DNA of 64,000 nt from Eledone cirrhosa (Eukaryota). Each line of letters starts with the position of its first letter. Within the stretch, counting starts at the first letter, position 1. The notes under the pieces are model-generated. The model saw nothing but the letters and a program-made list of their open reading frames with translations, searched no databases and was not told the origin of the DNA. Positions 13,113 through 23,607 of this stretch are shown piece by piece. Position numbers and translations under genes: made by a program. The DNA is taken from NCBI GenBank assembly GCA_964016885.1, contig OZ024745.1:106950001-107014000 (forward strand). Reading direction: 5' to 3'.

Positions 13113-13800
13113 GATTTCTAGTATAGGCACAAGACCAGTAATTTGGGGCGAAGGGAAAGTCGATTAAATCGATCCCAGTACGTTACTGGTGCTTTATTTT
13201 ATCGAACCCCCGTAGGGGTGAAAGGCAAAGTTAACCTCGGCAGGATTTGAACTCAGATCATAAAGGGACGTAACTACATCCCTGAAAGCATGTTGCTCGA
13301 TGCTCTACCGAAACTGCTAATCCACCGCATTTTTTGTATAAATAATTGTGTCTACTTTTGGCACAAGGCCAGCAATTGTCCGAGTGTATTACTGGTACTT
13401 TATTTTATCGACCCCCGTTGAAAGGCAAAGTTAACCTCGGCGGGATTTGAACTCAGACTATAAAGGGACGTAACTCTTTGCTGTAAAGCATGGCGTCCGA
13501 CCCTCCACCGATACTGCCAATCAACCGGTTTCTTACATAGGCACAAGGCCAGTAATTTGTGGGGAGGAGAAAGTCGATCAAATCGACCCCAGTGCGTGTC
13601 TGGTACTTTATTTTATCGACCCCCGTAAAGATGAAAGGCAAAGTTAACCTCGGCGGGATCTGAACTCAGACCGTAAAGGGCCGTAACTCTATTCTGCAAA
13701 GCATGGTGTCCGACGCTCTACCGATACTGCCAATCCATCCGCCTTTAAATGGAATAATATAGAATGGTACTTTCGTTCGGAAAGTTGAAAGGCAAAGTTA
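13113..13800 (-). mobile_element. Head-to-tail array of three or more SINE copies
   Basis: Repeated ggcacaaggccag...aaagttaacctcggcgggatttgaactc units. Confidence 0.8.
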
Positions 13801-13829
13801 ATGTTGGAAGTGTTTCTCAATTAAAGTTA

Positions 13830-13972
13830 AAGTTCATTTAAAGTCCTATCACTAGCCCAAAGGCTCATGAGGTTGGTGTTTGTCCCGGTTGCATTGGCAT
13901 TAAGTGACTAAAAGAGAAAGGTTTCACCCCCAACACCCGGACAGGAAACCAGTCCATCGCAGGGTTGACTCC
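13830..13972 (-). mobile_element. Fragment of a third SINE family
   Basis: ggacaggaaaccagtccatcgcagggtt motif resembling a widespread invertebrate SINE domain. Confidence 0.35.
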
Positions 13973-14159
13973 GTTTTTATTGTGGGTCGGGTGGGTCCGT
14001 TTTTATTGGGGGAGGAGTGTTCTATAAATTTTTATTGGGGGTGGTTTGTGTGGTGGTGGTGGTGGGGCGTTTACGTATTGGGACGGTTCAATTTTTATTG
14101 GGGGCGGTGGGTTCGTTTTTTTCTTATTAGGAGTGGGAGTCCGTTTTTTATTTGGAGGT

Positions 14160-14610
14160 AGCTGCACAGTGCTATAGTGCGGCACCCTAGCTTCAAAGTG
14201 CCATATTTCAAAGTGTCCCATTGTCATAGGTCATAGGGGTGGTCACACTTGCTCTGTATTTCCATACTGAGTCACTAAAGCTCCCCAGTTCTATAGTGTG
14301 CCACCCTTGCTCCGCAGTGCCATAGTGCAGTACGCTAGCTCCGAAGTGCCGTATTTTTCCACGCTATCTCCTCATAGCCATAGGGGGGTACCCTAGCTCC
14401 ATATATTTCTATACTCTGTCACAGCAGCTCCCCAGTTCCATAGTGTCCCACACTAGTTCCGCAGTGCCATAGTGCGGCACTCTAGCTCCAAAATGTCATA
14501 TTTCCCACACTATCTCCCCATTGACATTGGGGTGGGGTACACCCTAGCTCTATATTTCCATACTGTGTCACTGAAGCTCCCCAGTTTCATCGCAGTGCCA
14601 TACTGTCCCT
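14160..14610. repeat. Diverged GC-rich tandem repeat, ~148-bp period, ~3 copies
   Basis: agtgcYatagtgc...ctagctcc recurs at ~14167, 14316 and 14463. Confidence 0.6.
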
Positions 14611-14625
14611 AAACAGAATCTTAAG

Positions 14626-14782
14626 ACGATGATGATAATGATTCTAATGGTGATGATGATGATGAAATTGACGATGATTTTTATGATGATCTTGTGGATG
14701 ATGACGAAGATGATGGTGATGATGATGATGGTGATGATGGCAATGATGATGATGACAATGATGATGACGATGATGATGATGA
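14626..14782. repeat. (GAT)n microsatellite
   Basis: Visible trinucleotide run. Confidence 0.9.
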
Positions 14783-15329
14783 TAGGTATTTACTCACCAG
14801 TTCAGTCTCCTTTGGCGACACATACACTCACACAGAGCATAGTTTTGTACACCCTCCCCCTTCCTCGCATTTACGCACTCATACATTCACACACATACAC
14901 ACACGTGTGTGTGTGTGTTTTGTATGCGAAAAGTAAACGGAAACAACGAAGCAAACAATACATTACATTGAAGAAATGCATTAGTTTAACGCTTGATATT
15001 GTAGGAAAAGTGTTAGGACAGTAGCCCTTCATCAGAAGATAGAATGAAAGGCAGTGGGAAGAGGTAGAACCAGAAGAAAGCAAAAAAAAACAACACATTT
15101 TGGAGAAAACGCACAAAAGCACGTGCGCGTTCAGTCATCTCCCCCCTCTCTCTCTCTTTATACATTTATATATATTATATATATATATAAATGTATATAC
15201 ACACACATATATATATATATAAATGTATATACACACATATAAATATTTGCTCTACGGTTCTTATATATTTGATATATATTTATCCTTATCGAGCCCTCTT
15301 TGGATTTTAGTCTTCAAATTTATTATTAT

Positions 15330-15383
<54 letters not shown>

Positions 15384-15428
15384 GTATATATGAATGAAAA
15401 ATGGCGAGCTGTGTTGTTGCAATTATGA

Positions 15429-15828
15429 TATATATAATAAAATGAAGAATTAGAAATAGAAGCCAGGACTATTCATCATCAGTGGTCTACTAGCCATCAT
15501 AGGTATTTCTTCGCATTACAGACCATATACCTCCGGCTAGGACAATACAATAACTAAATTAAGTGATTGAGATAAAAACAATTGGGTGGGGAAAGAGAGA
15601 CAGGTAAACAAACAGGAATGGTGAGGCAACGTAAAGAGAGGAAAACATGAGAAAATCAAGTCAATGATTCATTTTGAACATAAGAACTTGCGAATATTGA
15701 CGAGAAGGCAAAGACACATCTTGGCTGAGCGAATGTGAGCGAGGAAAGAATTTCGTACGGTGGGGTCGATGGAGGAATTGAGAGAGAGGTTATGGATAGT
15801 CCTGGCTTCTATTTCTAATTCTTCATTT

Positions 15829-15840
<12 letters not shown>
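15429..15840 (-). mobile_element. Family K TA-flanked element with terminal inverted repeat and structured RNA motif
   Basis: Inverted repeat 15429-15472 / 15796-15840; motif at 15476-15540 homologous to 54293-54357. Confidence 0.65.
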
Positions 15841-15888
<48 letters not shown>

Positions 15889-15932
15889 CTAAATATTAAT
15901 AAATGAAGACATTCACATAATCAAAATATATG

Positions 15933-15994
15933 TTTTATTATATATATTTCGGAGGTACTGTGCTGTTTTTTCAGTACGTCCTCATCAGATAAAA
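15933..15994 (-). ncRNA. Hammerhead ribozyme (family G)
   Basis: Reverse complement reads ttttat-CTGATGA-ggacgtactg...cagtacctcc-GAAA-tatata-TA-ataaaa. Confidence 0.7.
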
Positions 15995-16364
15995 TATATG
16001 AATTGATGTATGACATACCTCAACGGTCTGGATGGTTCAATTCTAGTATTGGCAGTGATTTATTACAACAAATCTCAACATTTATATACCACAAATAATA
16101 ACATGATAAACTTAAATATGATGAAGAAGAGGATGTGGAGCGAGATATATGTATAAGGAGGGGGTGAGTATGAGAAAATGTAAGAAGAAATAAATAAACA
16201 CATACGTACATAAATATTTAAATATTTAAATGCGAAAATATCTGTGTTAGGGAAGAAAGGAAGAGATAGAGATAGATAGAAGAGAAGAAAGAAGAAGCGA
16301 GAAAAAGAAGAGAAGATAGAAGAAGGAGAGAGAGAGAAGAGGGAAGACGTAACTGCAAAAACTG

Positions 16365-16400
<36 letters not shown>

Positions 16401-16434
16401 GTATAGATTAGGAAAATCTGCTTCGTAGAATCAA

Positions 16435-16530
16435 GACGTATCTGAGGACCTTGCGATTTTCAGAGTCAGGTACGATAATCACATAGATCGTGCCTCGAGC
16501 TGGTCGCCAGAGAAACGATTGTAATATGTC
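16435..16530 (+). ncRNA. Hammerhead ribozyme in family D element ~16398-16656 (tail also at 35066-35135 on minus)
   Basis: gacgtat-CTGAGGA-[long stem II]-GAAA-cgattg-TA-atatgtc; 7-bp stem I. Confidence 0.75.
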
Positions 16531-16652
16531 CAATAAATTCCATTCGTCGCAACACTGGTTCTCTTTTTTTCTGTGATATCATAATCTGCTCTATGAAAGC
16601 ATCGAGTGCTCAGACGGCCTACCGCATACGGACGCTTTAAGCATCCAACACC

Positions 16653-16695
<43 letters not shown>

Positions 16696-16699
<4 letters not shown>

Positions 16700-16927
16700 T
16701 ACTTTGGGAGGGTCATGTTGCCAATAAGAAACACACGCACCAGTTGCTTTCACTTCAATTTATTATAATAAATTTATAAATTTATAAATTTATTATAATA
16801 AATTGAAGTGAAAGCAACTGGTGCGTGTGTTTCTTATTGGCAACATGACCCTCCCAAAGTATAACAATATCGGTTTCAACACACGATTTCAGATAAAGAA
16901 TCTTGCTAAACAAATTCAGAAACGAAA
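16696..16927 (+). mobile_element. Family C fold-back palindrome (16696-16865) plus extension encoding a putative ORF start
   Basis: ~85-bp arms; caacATG at 16845 opens MTLPKYNNIGFNTRFQIKNLAKQIQKR. Confidence 0.75.
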
Positions 16928-17937
16928 TATATATATATATATATATAATAATAATAAATCCCATGTCATACTCAAGGACACAGCGCACCGCCGGGAATCC
17001 AACTCACGACCTTAAGATTGTGAGCCGAACACCTTAACCACAAAGCCATGGTCCTTTATACATACATACAAACATACATACATACAGACAGACAGACAGA
17101 CCGACAGACAGGCAAACAGACATACAGGCAAACAGACGAATTAAACTTTTTTTCTTCAATGCCTTAAATGTTATGTTGAATGAATTATATCCCTTTGTCT
17201 CCTAGAAAAGAAATCAGAAAAGCACACGAATGTGGTAGAGTTAATCCATTGTGTGGTTTAATAACCCAGCTTGGCTCTTGGTTGACTTTAACGAAGTTCA
17301 CTCTTATTGTGAGCATTCAAACTCGTTCTCCGGCTTGAGCATAACATATGAATTGTGATTCATTTCACACTTTCTTTCTTCAGTCTCGGAGACCCTTCAA
17401 AAGGTCACAGGTACTACTCCTTCCTCCTTTCACTAAGTCTTAAATAAAATATCAAGCAAGTAAGAAAGAAAACATAAATAAACAAAGAAAAGAAACACAA
17501 ACACAAACTAGAAATCAATCTATAAAAAAAAAAAAATAACAAGATGTTCACAAATGTCGGACGAATCATGTATAATTCGGGAGAATAAAGAGACCAGTGT
17601 TATTTTTGTAGAAGTATACAAACTCCACAAGATCTCGAATTAAACCGAATCTAAACGAAATCCCAAACTAGAAAGAAACCAATTATCAGCACATCAGGCA
17701 AACGTAGACATGAACAATACGAGATAACGAAAAATACTTCTGTAACTGTTGGCATTCTATTTTGCGTTCGTGATTAAGTTATGTTTCTTTCTTGTGGTGA
17801 TGGTGCTGCAGTGCATGCATGTACACGCACACGCACACAAACATAAACATAAACATAAACATATATATCTTATATCATATTATTTGATGTTATATTATAT
17901 TATGTGTGTCGTGTGTGTGTGTGTGTATACATGTATA

Positions 17938-17996
<59 letters not shown>

Positions 17997-18001
17997 GTAT
18001 A

Positions 18002-18054
<53 letters not shown>

Positions 18055-18077
18055 ATAATGAATAAAAACAAAGAAAC

Positions 18078-18204
18078 ATTTTACGATCGTTTCTAGGATA
18101 TATATGTTTGTGTTGGTATGTATACCATATAGATCTATGTAAAATTTTTACAACTATCAGTGGGAATATACATATCTACACATATATATGCTGTCTTCAG
18201 AAAT
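18078..18204 (-). ncRNA. Hammerhead ribozyme with long stem II insert (family H)
   Basis: Reverse complement reads attt-CTGAAGA-cagcatatata...tatatccta-GAAA-cgatcg-TA-aaat; homologous to 63490-63638. Confidence 0.7.
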
Positions 18205-18241
18205 AATGTACTACTATACAGTACATTTTGGTAGATTTATC

Positions 18242-18296
<55 letters not shown>

Positions 18297-18298
<2 letters not shown>

Positions 18299-18485
18299 CG
18301 AAGGAAATGTGGTAAGGAACCAAGTGGACCATAACGCACCAAAGTACTCAATACTTAGGGTAGTAGAGTGGGTAATAGGAACAAGTAAGACCCCGACAGC
18401 TGAGCTCAAGCCGTTTCGACGGCTAATTCTGTACAGAATTAGCCGTCGAAACGGCTTGAGCTCAGCCGTCGGGGTCTTACTTCTT

Positions 18486-18490
<5 letters not shown>
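18297..18490. mobile_element. Family F fold-back element
   Basis: Palindrome ~18376-18490 centred at 18432/18433; contains GAAA-cggcttgagctcagccg-TC-ggggtc (3' half of an HHR). Confidence 0.75.
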
Positions 18491-18529
<39 letters not shown>

Positions 18530-19020
18530 AATTTTAGTACAGCATTAACGAAGTTTTATTTTACGGCCAAGCTAACGAATGCAAATTCGGTATGTAGCTT
18601 TAGCACTCGAATGGGAATAGTACCCCAGAGTAATAACAATACGTTTAGACAGCTTAAAATCAAATATAGCGATCGGCAGTCCAGCCGCATTACCACAGCA
18701 ACGAAAATGCTTGGACTGAGGAAAAGATTTTAGACTGACCCGGACATAACGCTGAGACCGAATGCAACATATAATGCATATCGTATAGCATACGATATAC
18801 ATCACATACAGCACACTACATCCGCGCTAGGTTTCTGCAAATCCAAGATCGTCAAATTCCGCTTGCAGGGGTCTGCAAGTTACTGGTCTTTGACGACAGA
18901 ACAAAGGATTTACTTCTTCAACAAGTCTTGTGTGTTCTTTAGCCTCTGCAGGTATGTTCTAGCAGTAAATTTCGCTATAGACACGTGGTTTTCTCCAAGG
19001 GAGGTAACCCCCATATATAT

Positions 19021-19051
<31 letters not shown>

Positions 19052-19549
19052 CAGTAACACGCACTCAGGAATATATATATACAAACATTCTATATATATA
19101 TATATATATACATGTTGATATGCAGTGGCGTACATACGAATATATGCACACATAGATTTATACACATATATATGTAAACTGAAGATCTAGAGAAGTTAAT
19201 GATGTTGTTAGTAATGTTGAAATTGTTGATAGTGATGGTCTTAATCAGACATGTCAAACTGAGGGTCCGCCGAGGACCACATGGGTCACATATGTGTTGT
19301 CTGAGAGCCACACTTTACAACTAATTGCACACATTACAACTAATTTTTTAAATGTTATATTACAAAGATAAAATATGCTCGTACTGTAAAAAATCTTTGT
19401 GTGGTGTACAGGTGTACTTGTAAAGGGCCTGATGCGGCTTGCGAACCGCATGTTTGATAACGAATATATGGTCTTGGTAACGAGTTTATTCATGTTAATG
19501 TTGGTGAAGCGGATAAAGTCTTTTTCTTTTTTTCTTCTAGTTTAGCTCG

Positions 19550-19731
19550 GATTCAGGTCACTCTTGAGTGCTACTGGTAGCATGTAACACAGTACAACCT
19601 GTTGCATGGTCGCGACTAAACCCGCAACTCCACCAAGTTTACTTGGTGAGGAGGGTGATTTTGGACACCCTCTAGGACAAAAAACAAAACCTGACAAAGG
19701 GTGAAAGAACTCATAAGAGTCAACAGCCATC
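19550..19731 (+). mobile_element. Diverged 5' portion of the RTE-like derivative
   Basis: Matches the reverse complement of ~1385-1570. Confidence 0.55.
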
Positions 19732-19756
19732 TAAAAGAAAAGAAAAAAAGAAAATC

Positions 19757-19928
19757 CTGCCAAATCAATGAGTAGCAGTAGTTCCAATCTGCACACATCG
19801 AAAGACTGGTGTAGTGGTTCTGAGAACAATGCGGCTTTGCAGATGATCAATGCAAATTGACAATGGAAAGGCGCTCCCACTCGAGTTAGAAGAGAACTAT
19901 TGATTTCCAGGAGAAGCCGCGACCCCTG
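19757..19928 (-). repeat. Interspersed repeat (second copy 31980-32147 on plus)
   Basis: gcctttccattgtcaatttgca...gcaaagccgcattgttctc is shared by both copies. Confidence 0.7.
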
Positions 19929-20650
19929 ATTGAATTCAGCTACCAAAACAAATATAATAGCTCGGATTCAGCTAATCAATGTGGAAATAATGTTGAAACC
20001 GTCCATGACCATCCCAACATTTAATCTAGGACTAATGAATTCAAGTTGTCTTTCGTTTAATTAAAATTGTGGGAATGTGAATTCACGGAGATTTTGCTTT
20101 GCAGTTGCTACGAACACGTAGCAGCTTTCTCATTGGCTTGACTCACAATGGTGTTCATTTTGGTGTTGGTAATGTTGGTCATGATGAGTGATCGGCTGAT
20201 GTTCGGTAGTGACTGTGGGTAAGGGTTCGTTAACTACTTGTAAAATAATTACGGAGATAATTGGTGTCATCTGATGGAAGTGGAAACTGGAGTGGAATTA
20301 GTGGCATTTTCGTATATTTCGGCAGTAAGTTGCTATATACTTGCCAATCCCGCGGAGGTTAACTTTGCCTTTCATCCTTACGGGGTCGATAAAATAAAGT
20401 ACCAGTAATGCACTGAATAATTACTGGCATTGTGCCAAACATTAGACACAATTATATTATCACCTCTTTGCTGTCCTTTTGACAGCTGACGTGACTCCAT
20501 GATCCACACGTCACCTTCCATTAAACATACACACACATACACTTAACCACACACACACACAAATATATATATATATATATATTCCAGAGCGTGAAATTAA
20601 TAAACATTCGTTGTACTGCCTCTCTGTTTTGTCCCTGTTCAAATTTTTCC

Positions 20651-20701
<51 letters not shown>

Positions 20702-20715
20702 ATACTTCAGAAACG

Positions 20716-20758
<43 letters not shown>

Positions 20759-20777
20759 ATGCTTAAGTAGTGAGGCT

Positions 20778-20821
20778 TGTTATTCTGGAGTTCGCTTGTG
20801 CTCTCACAAGATCATCAGACA
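20778..20821 (-). ncRNA. Degenerate hammerhead-like motif in a TA-flanked fragment
   Basis: Reverse complement reads tgt-CTGATGA-tcttgtgagagcacaagc-GAAC...TA-aca; core GAAA is altered to GAAC. Confidence 0.45.
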
Positions 20822-20842
20822 TGTACTCCATCTCACATCCGT

Positions 20843-20923
<81 letters not shown>

Positions 20924-21514
20924 CATGTATGTGTGCGTGACTATGTGACTATGTGACTATGTGACTATATGACTAATGTTTGTATGTGTATGTATTTATA
21001 TATATTTATATATGCACATAATTTATTATATATAATAGAAATAGGATTTTTTTTTACAACAAACGTAAGTTGAAACAATTGTTTCTACTTATGGCACAAG
21101 GCCAGCAATTACCTAGTGCATTACTGGTACTTTATTTCATCGACCCCGTAAGGATGAAAGGCAAAGTTAACCTCGGCGGGATTTGAACTCAGTCCGTAAA
21201 GGGATGTAACTGTGCTGCAACGTATGGCGTCCGACCCTCTACCGATGTTGAAATAATACACTTACACACTAGAGATTGGCAGAACTGCTTATGGGAATCG
21301 AACTATGTATCTGTTTCATACCTGACAACCACATAAACTACTGCACTAAAGAGGCTTGAAAGTTCTTCATTGTCAAATTTATTTTATTCAAATATCACCG
21401 TGGGGCAACTTCAATTATTTATTTGCAGTCATATTCGATAATTTCTTTAGGTAAGTGACTAATGACCGGATCATCCCCATTTGCTGTTGAACACAGCGAT
21501 GATATATATTTGAT

Positions 21515-21897
21515 ACCGTGGACAATGGCCAGCGACACCCGCTGCAACAGCCACCCACCTTGCGGGGTTCCTTCCTTAGACGGGCTGTTGTCGTTTCAAT
21601 GTTGCAGAGGAGCTCGGCAGTACGGAGTCGGAACACGCCTGAGGTCTCGACGGCGACCGGCACGAAGAGAAAGCGGACGGACAAGTCCGGTATTTTTTGG
21701 CCTTCTTGTCCTCTTCATTGTGGGCCGCAAGTACCGGGGTCTGTGGCCGAAGCGACTAAGTTGGCGGTGGAGAACGTGTCACAAGTTGTGTCACAACATG
21801 TGGCTTCCCAGATGAGGGATTTATCTCTTTCGAATAGGAAGACGGTAATTTCGTCGGGGCGCTTGCCGTCTGTGCGGTCGAGGCTTGCTGGCTCCAA
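21515..21897 (-). mobile_element. CRE-clade non-LTR retrotransposon fragment (restriction-like endonuclease region)
   Basis: EPASLDRTDGKRPDEITV...LIWEATCCDT and FVPVAVETSG, frameshifted. Confidence 0.75.
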
Positions 21898-22462
21898 TTG
21901 TATTGTATAATGGAATGTTCAGATTGAAAATTACTTTGATGAGCTCAACGATATTTATGAGAAGTTGAATTCAAGAGCTTTCTAACATAATTTCTGCATA
22001 TAACTTCTTACACTCTTTCCAGTACCACAGAGAAACGTGAACCCTAAAAGTTAACAATGCCTTTTATCATGTCTTGAATTTATGATCGCACTTGTAATGT
22101 TCGTGTGTGTGTGTTGGAGGTGCACATGCGTGAGATGGTTTGAATGTATACGTGTGTGTATGTGTACCTGATTGTTTTAGAATTTATATATGTGAAACTA
22201 GGCGACGAATTGGCAGGCTCTTAACCAATGCTGAGATTCGAAAAAAAAAAAAAAAAATTAAATTGGTAGTAAGACATCCTATCGATTCATCCATAGGAAA
22301 TATTCGTGCTATGCAATAACCACTTCTGAGATATTGCCTGAAATTCCACCTTACCGACCAAAAAATATTAGATAATGTAGTTCTATATATACAAAAATAC
22401 CTAATGGTTACGAGTGGAATGCGGAGCAAAACCTCCTGAGGCTAAGCAATATTTATAATTCA

Positions 22463-23065
22463 AGGGCGGTGGATTGGCAGTATCGGTAGAGCGTCAGGCA
22501 CCATGGCTTGCAGCATAGAGTTATGACTCTTTACGTTCTAAGTTCATATCCCGCCGAGGTTAACTTTGCCTTTAATCCTTACGGAGTCGATAACACAAAG
22601 CACCAGTAATGCACTGGGATAATTGCTGGCCTTGTGCCAAAAGTGGAAACAATTTATAATAATTGTTTCTACTTTAGGCACAAGGCCAGCAATTACCCAG
22701 TGCATTACTGGTACTTTATTTTATCGACCCCGTAAGGATGAAAGGCAAAGTCAACCTCGGCGGGATTTGAACTCAGATCGTAAAGGGACGTAACTATGCT
22801 GGAAAGCATGGCGTCCGACCCTCTACCGATACTGCCAAATGGTTTCTTATATAGGCACAAGGCCATCAATTTTTGGGGAAGGGAAAGTCGATTAAATCGG
22901 CCCCCGTGCGTAATTGGTACTTTATTTTATCGACCCCGTAAGGATGAAAGGTAAAGTTAACCTCGGGACGGGGGGGGGAATTTAAACTCAGATCATAAAA
23001 GGCTACAACTCTATGCTGCAAAGCATGGTGTCCGACTCTCTACCGATACTGCCAATCTACCGCTC
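22463..23065. mobile_element. SINE cluster: one plus copy tail-to-tail with two minus copies
   Basis: 22463-22655 (+) immediately followed by 22661-22840 (-) and 22840-23065 (-). Confidence 0.8.
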
Positions 23066-23101
23066 TTTTGAAACAATTTATAATAATAACAATCAGAATA
23101 A

Positions 23102-23162
<61 letters not shown>

Positions 23163-23565
23163 AGCAATGGTATGCATCTATGTTTATCTAAACACGGAGG
23201 TGGCATTGCTCTACACTAGAATCTACAATATTTAGCTTCAGTTTTTTTTTCTTTTTTCTCAACGTGAGGAAATCTGAACCAAGCTCTGACAGACAACCAA
23301 AGCAATCATTCGGTCGTTTGAATGTCGTTTTGGGGACAAAACCGCTCTTACACACACACACACACACGGAGGCCATCTGCGCATTCTTCTCACCCCTCTT
23401 CCCCTTTCTATTCCTATACTTTTCTCGCTCTTACTTTCTCTCTTACTTTGACTTCCGCAGTATGAATAAATTATTTATAATATATGCGTGTATAAATATT
23501 GCAGGTGTGTTGTAGTTATTTATGTTTACAAATCCATACAAATATAAACACACATTCACACGTCC

Positions 23566-23607
<42 letters not shown>

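Noticed and set aside
15482-15540. HDV-like ribozyme on the plus strand (P1 gtggtct/agaccat, L3-like ttcttcgca)
   Set aside because: No P4 or J4/2 with the catalytic C, and P3 is not conserved in the 54300 copy. Kept as an unassigned minus-strand motif instead.
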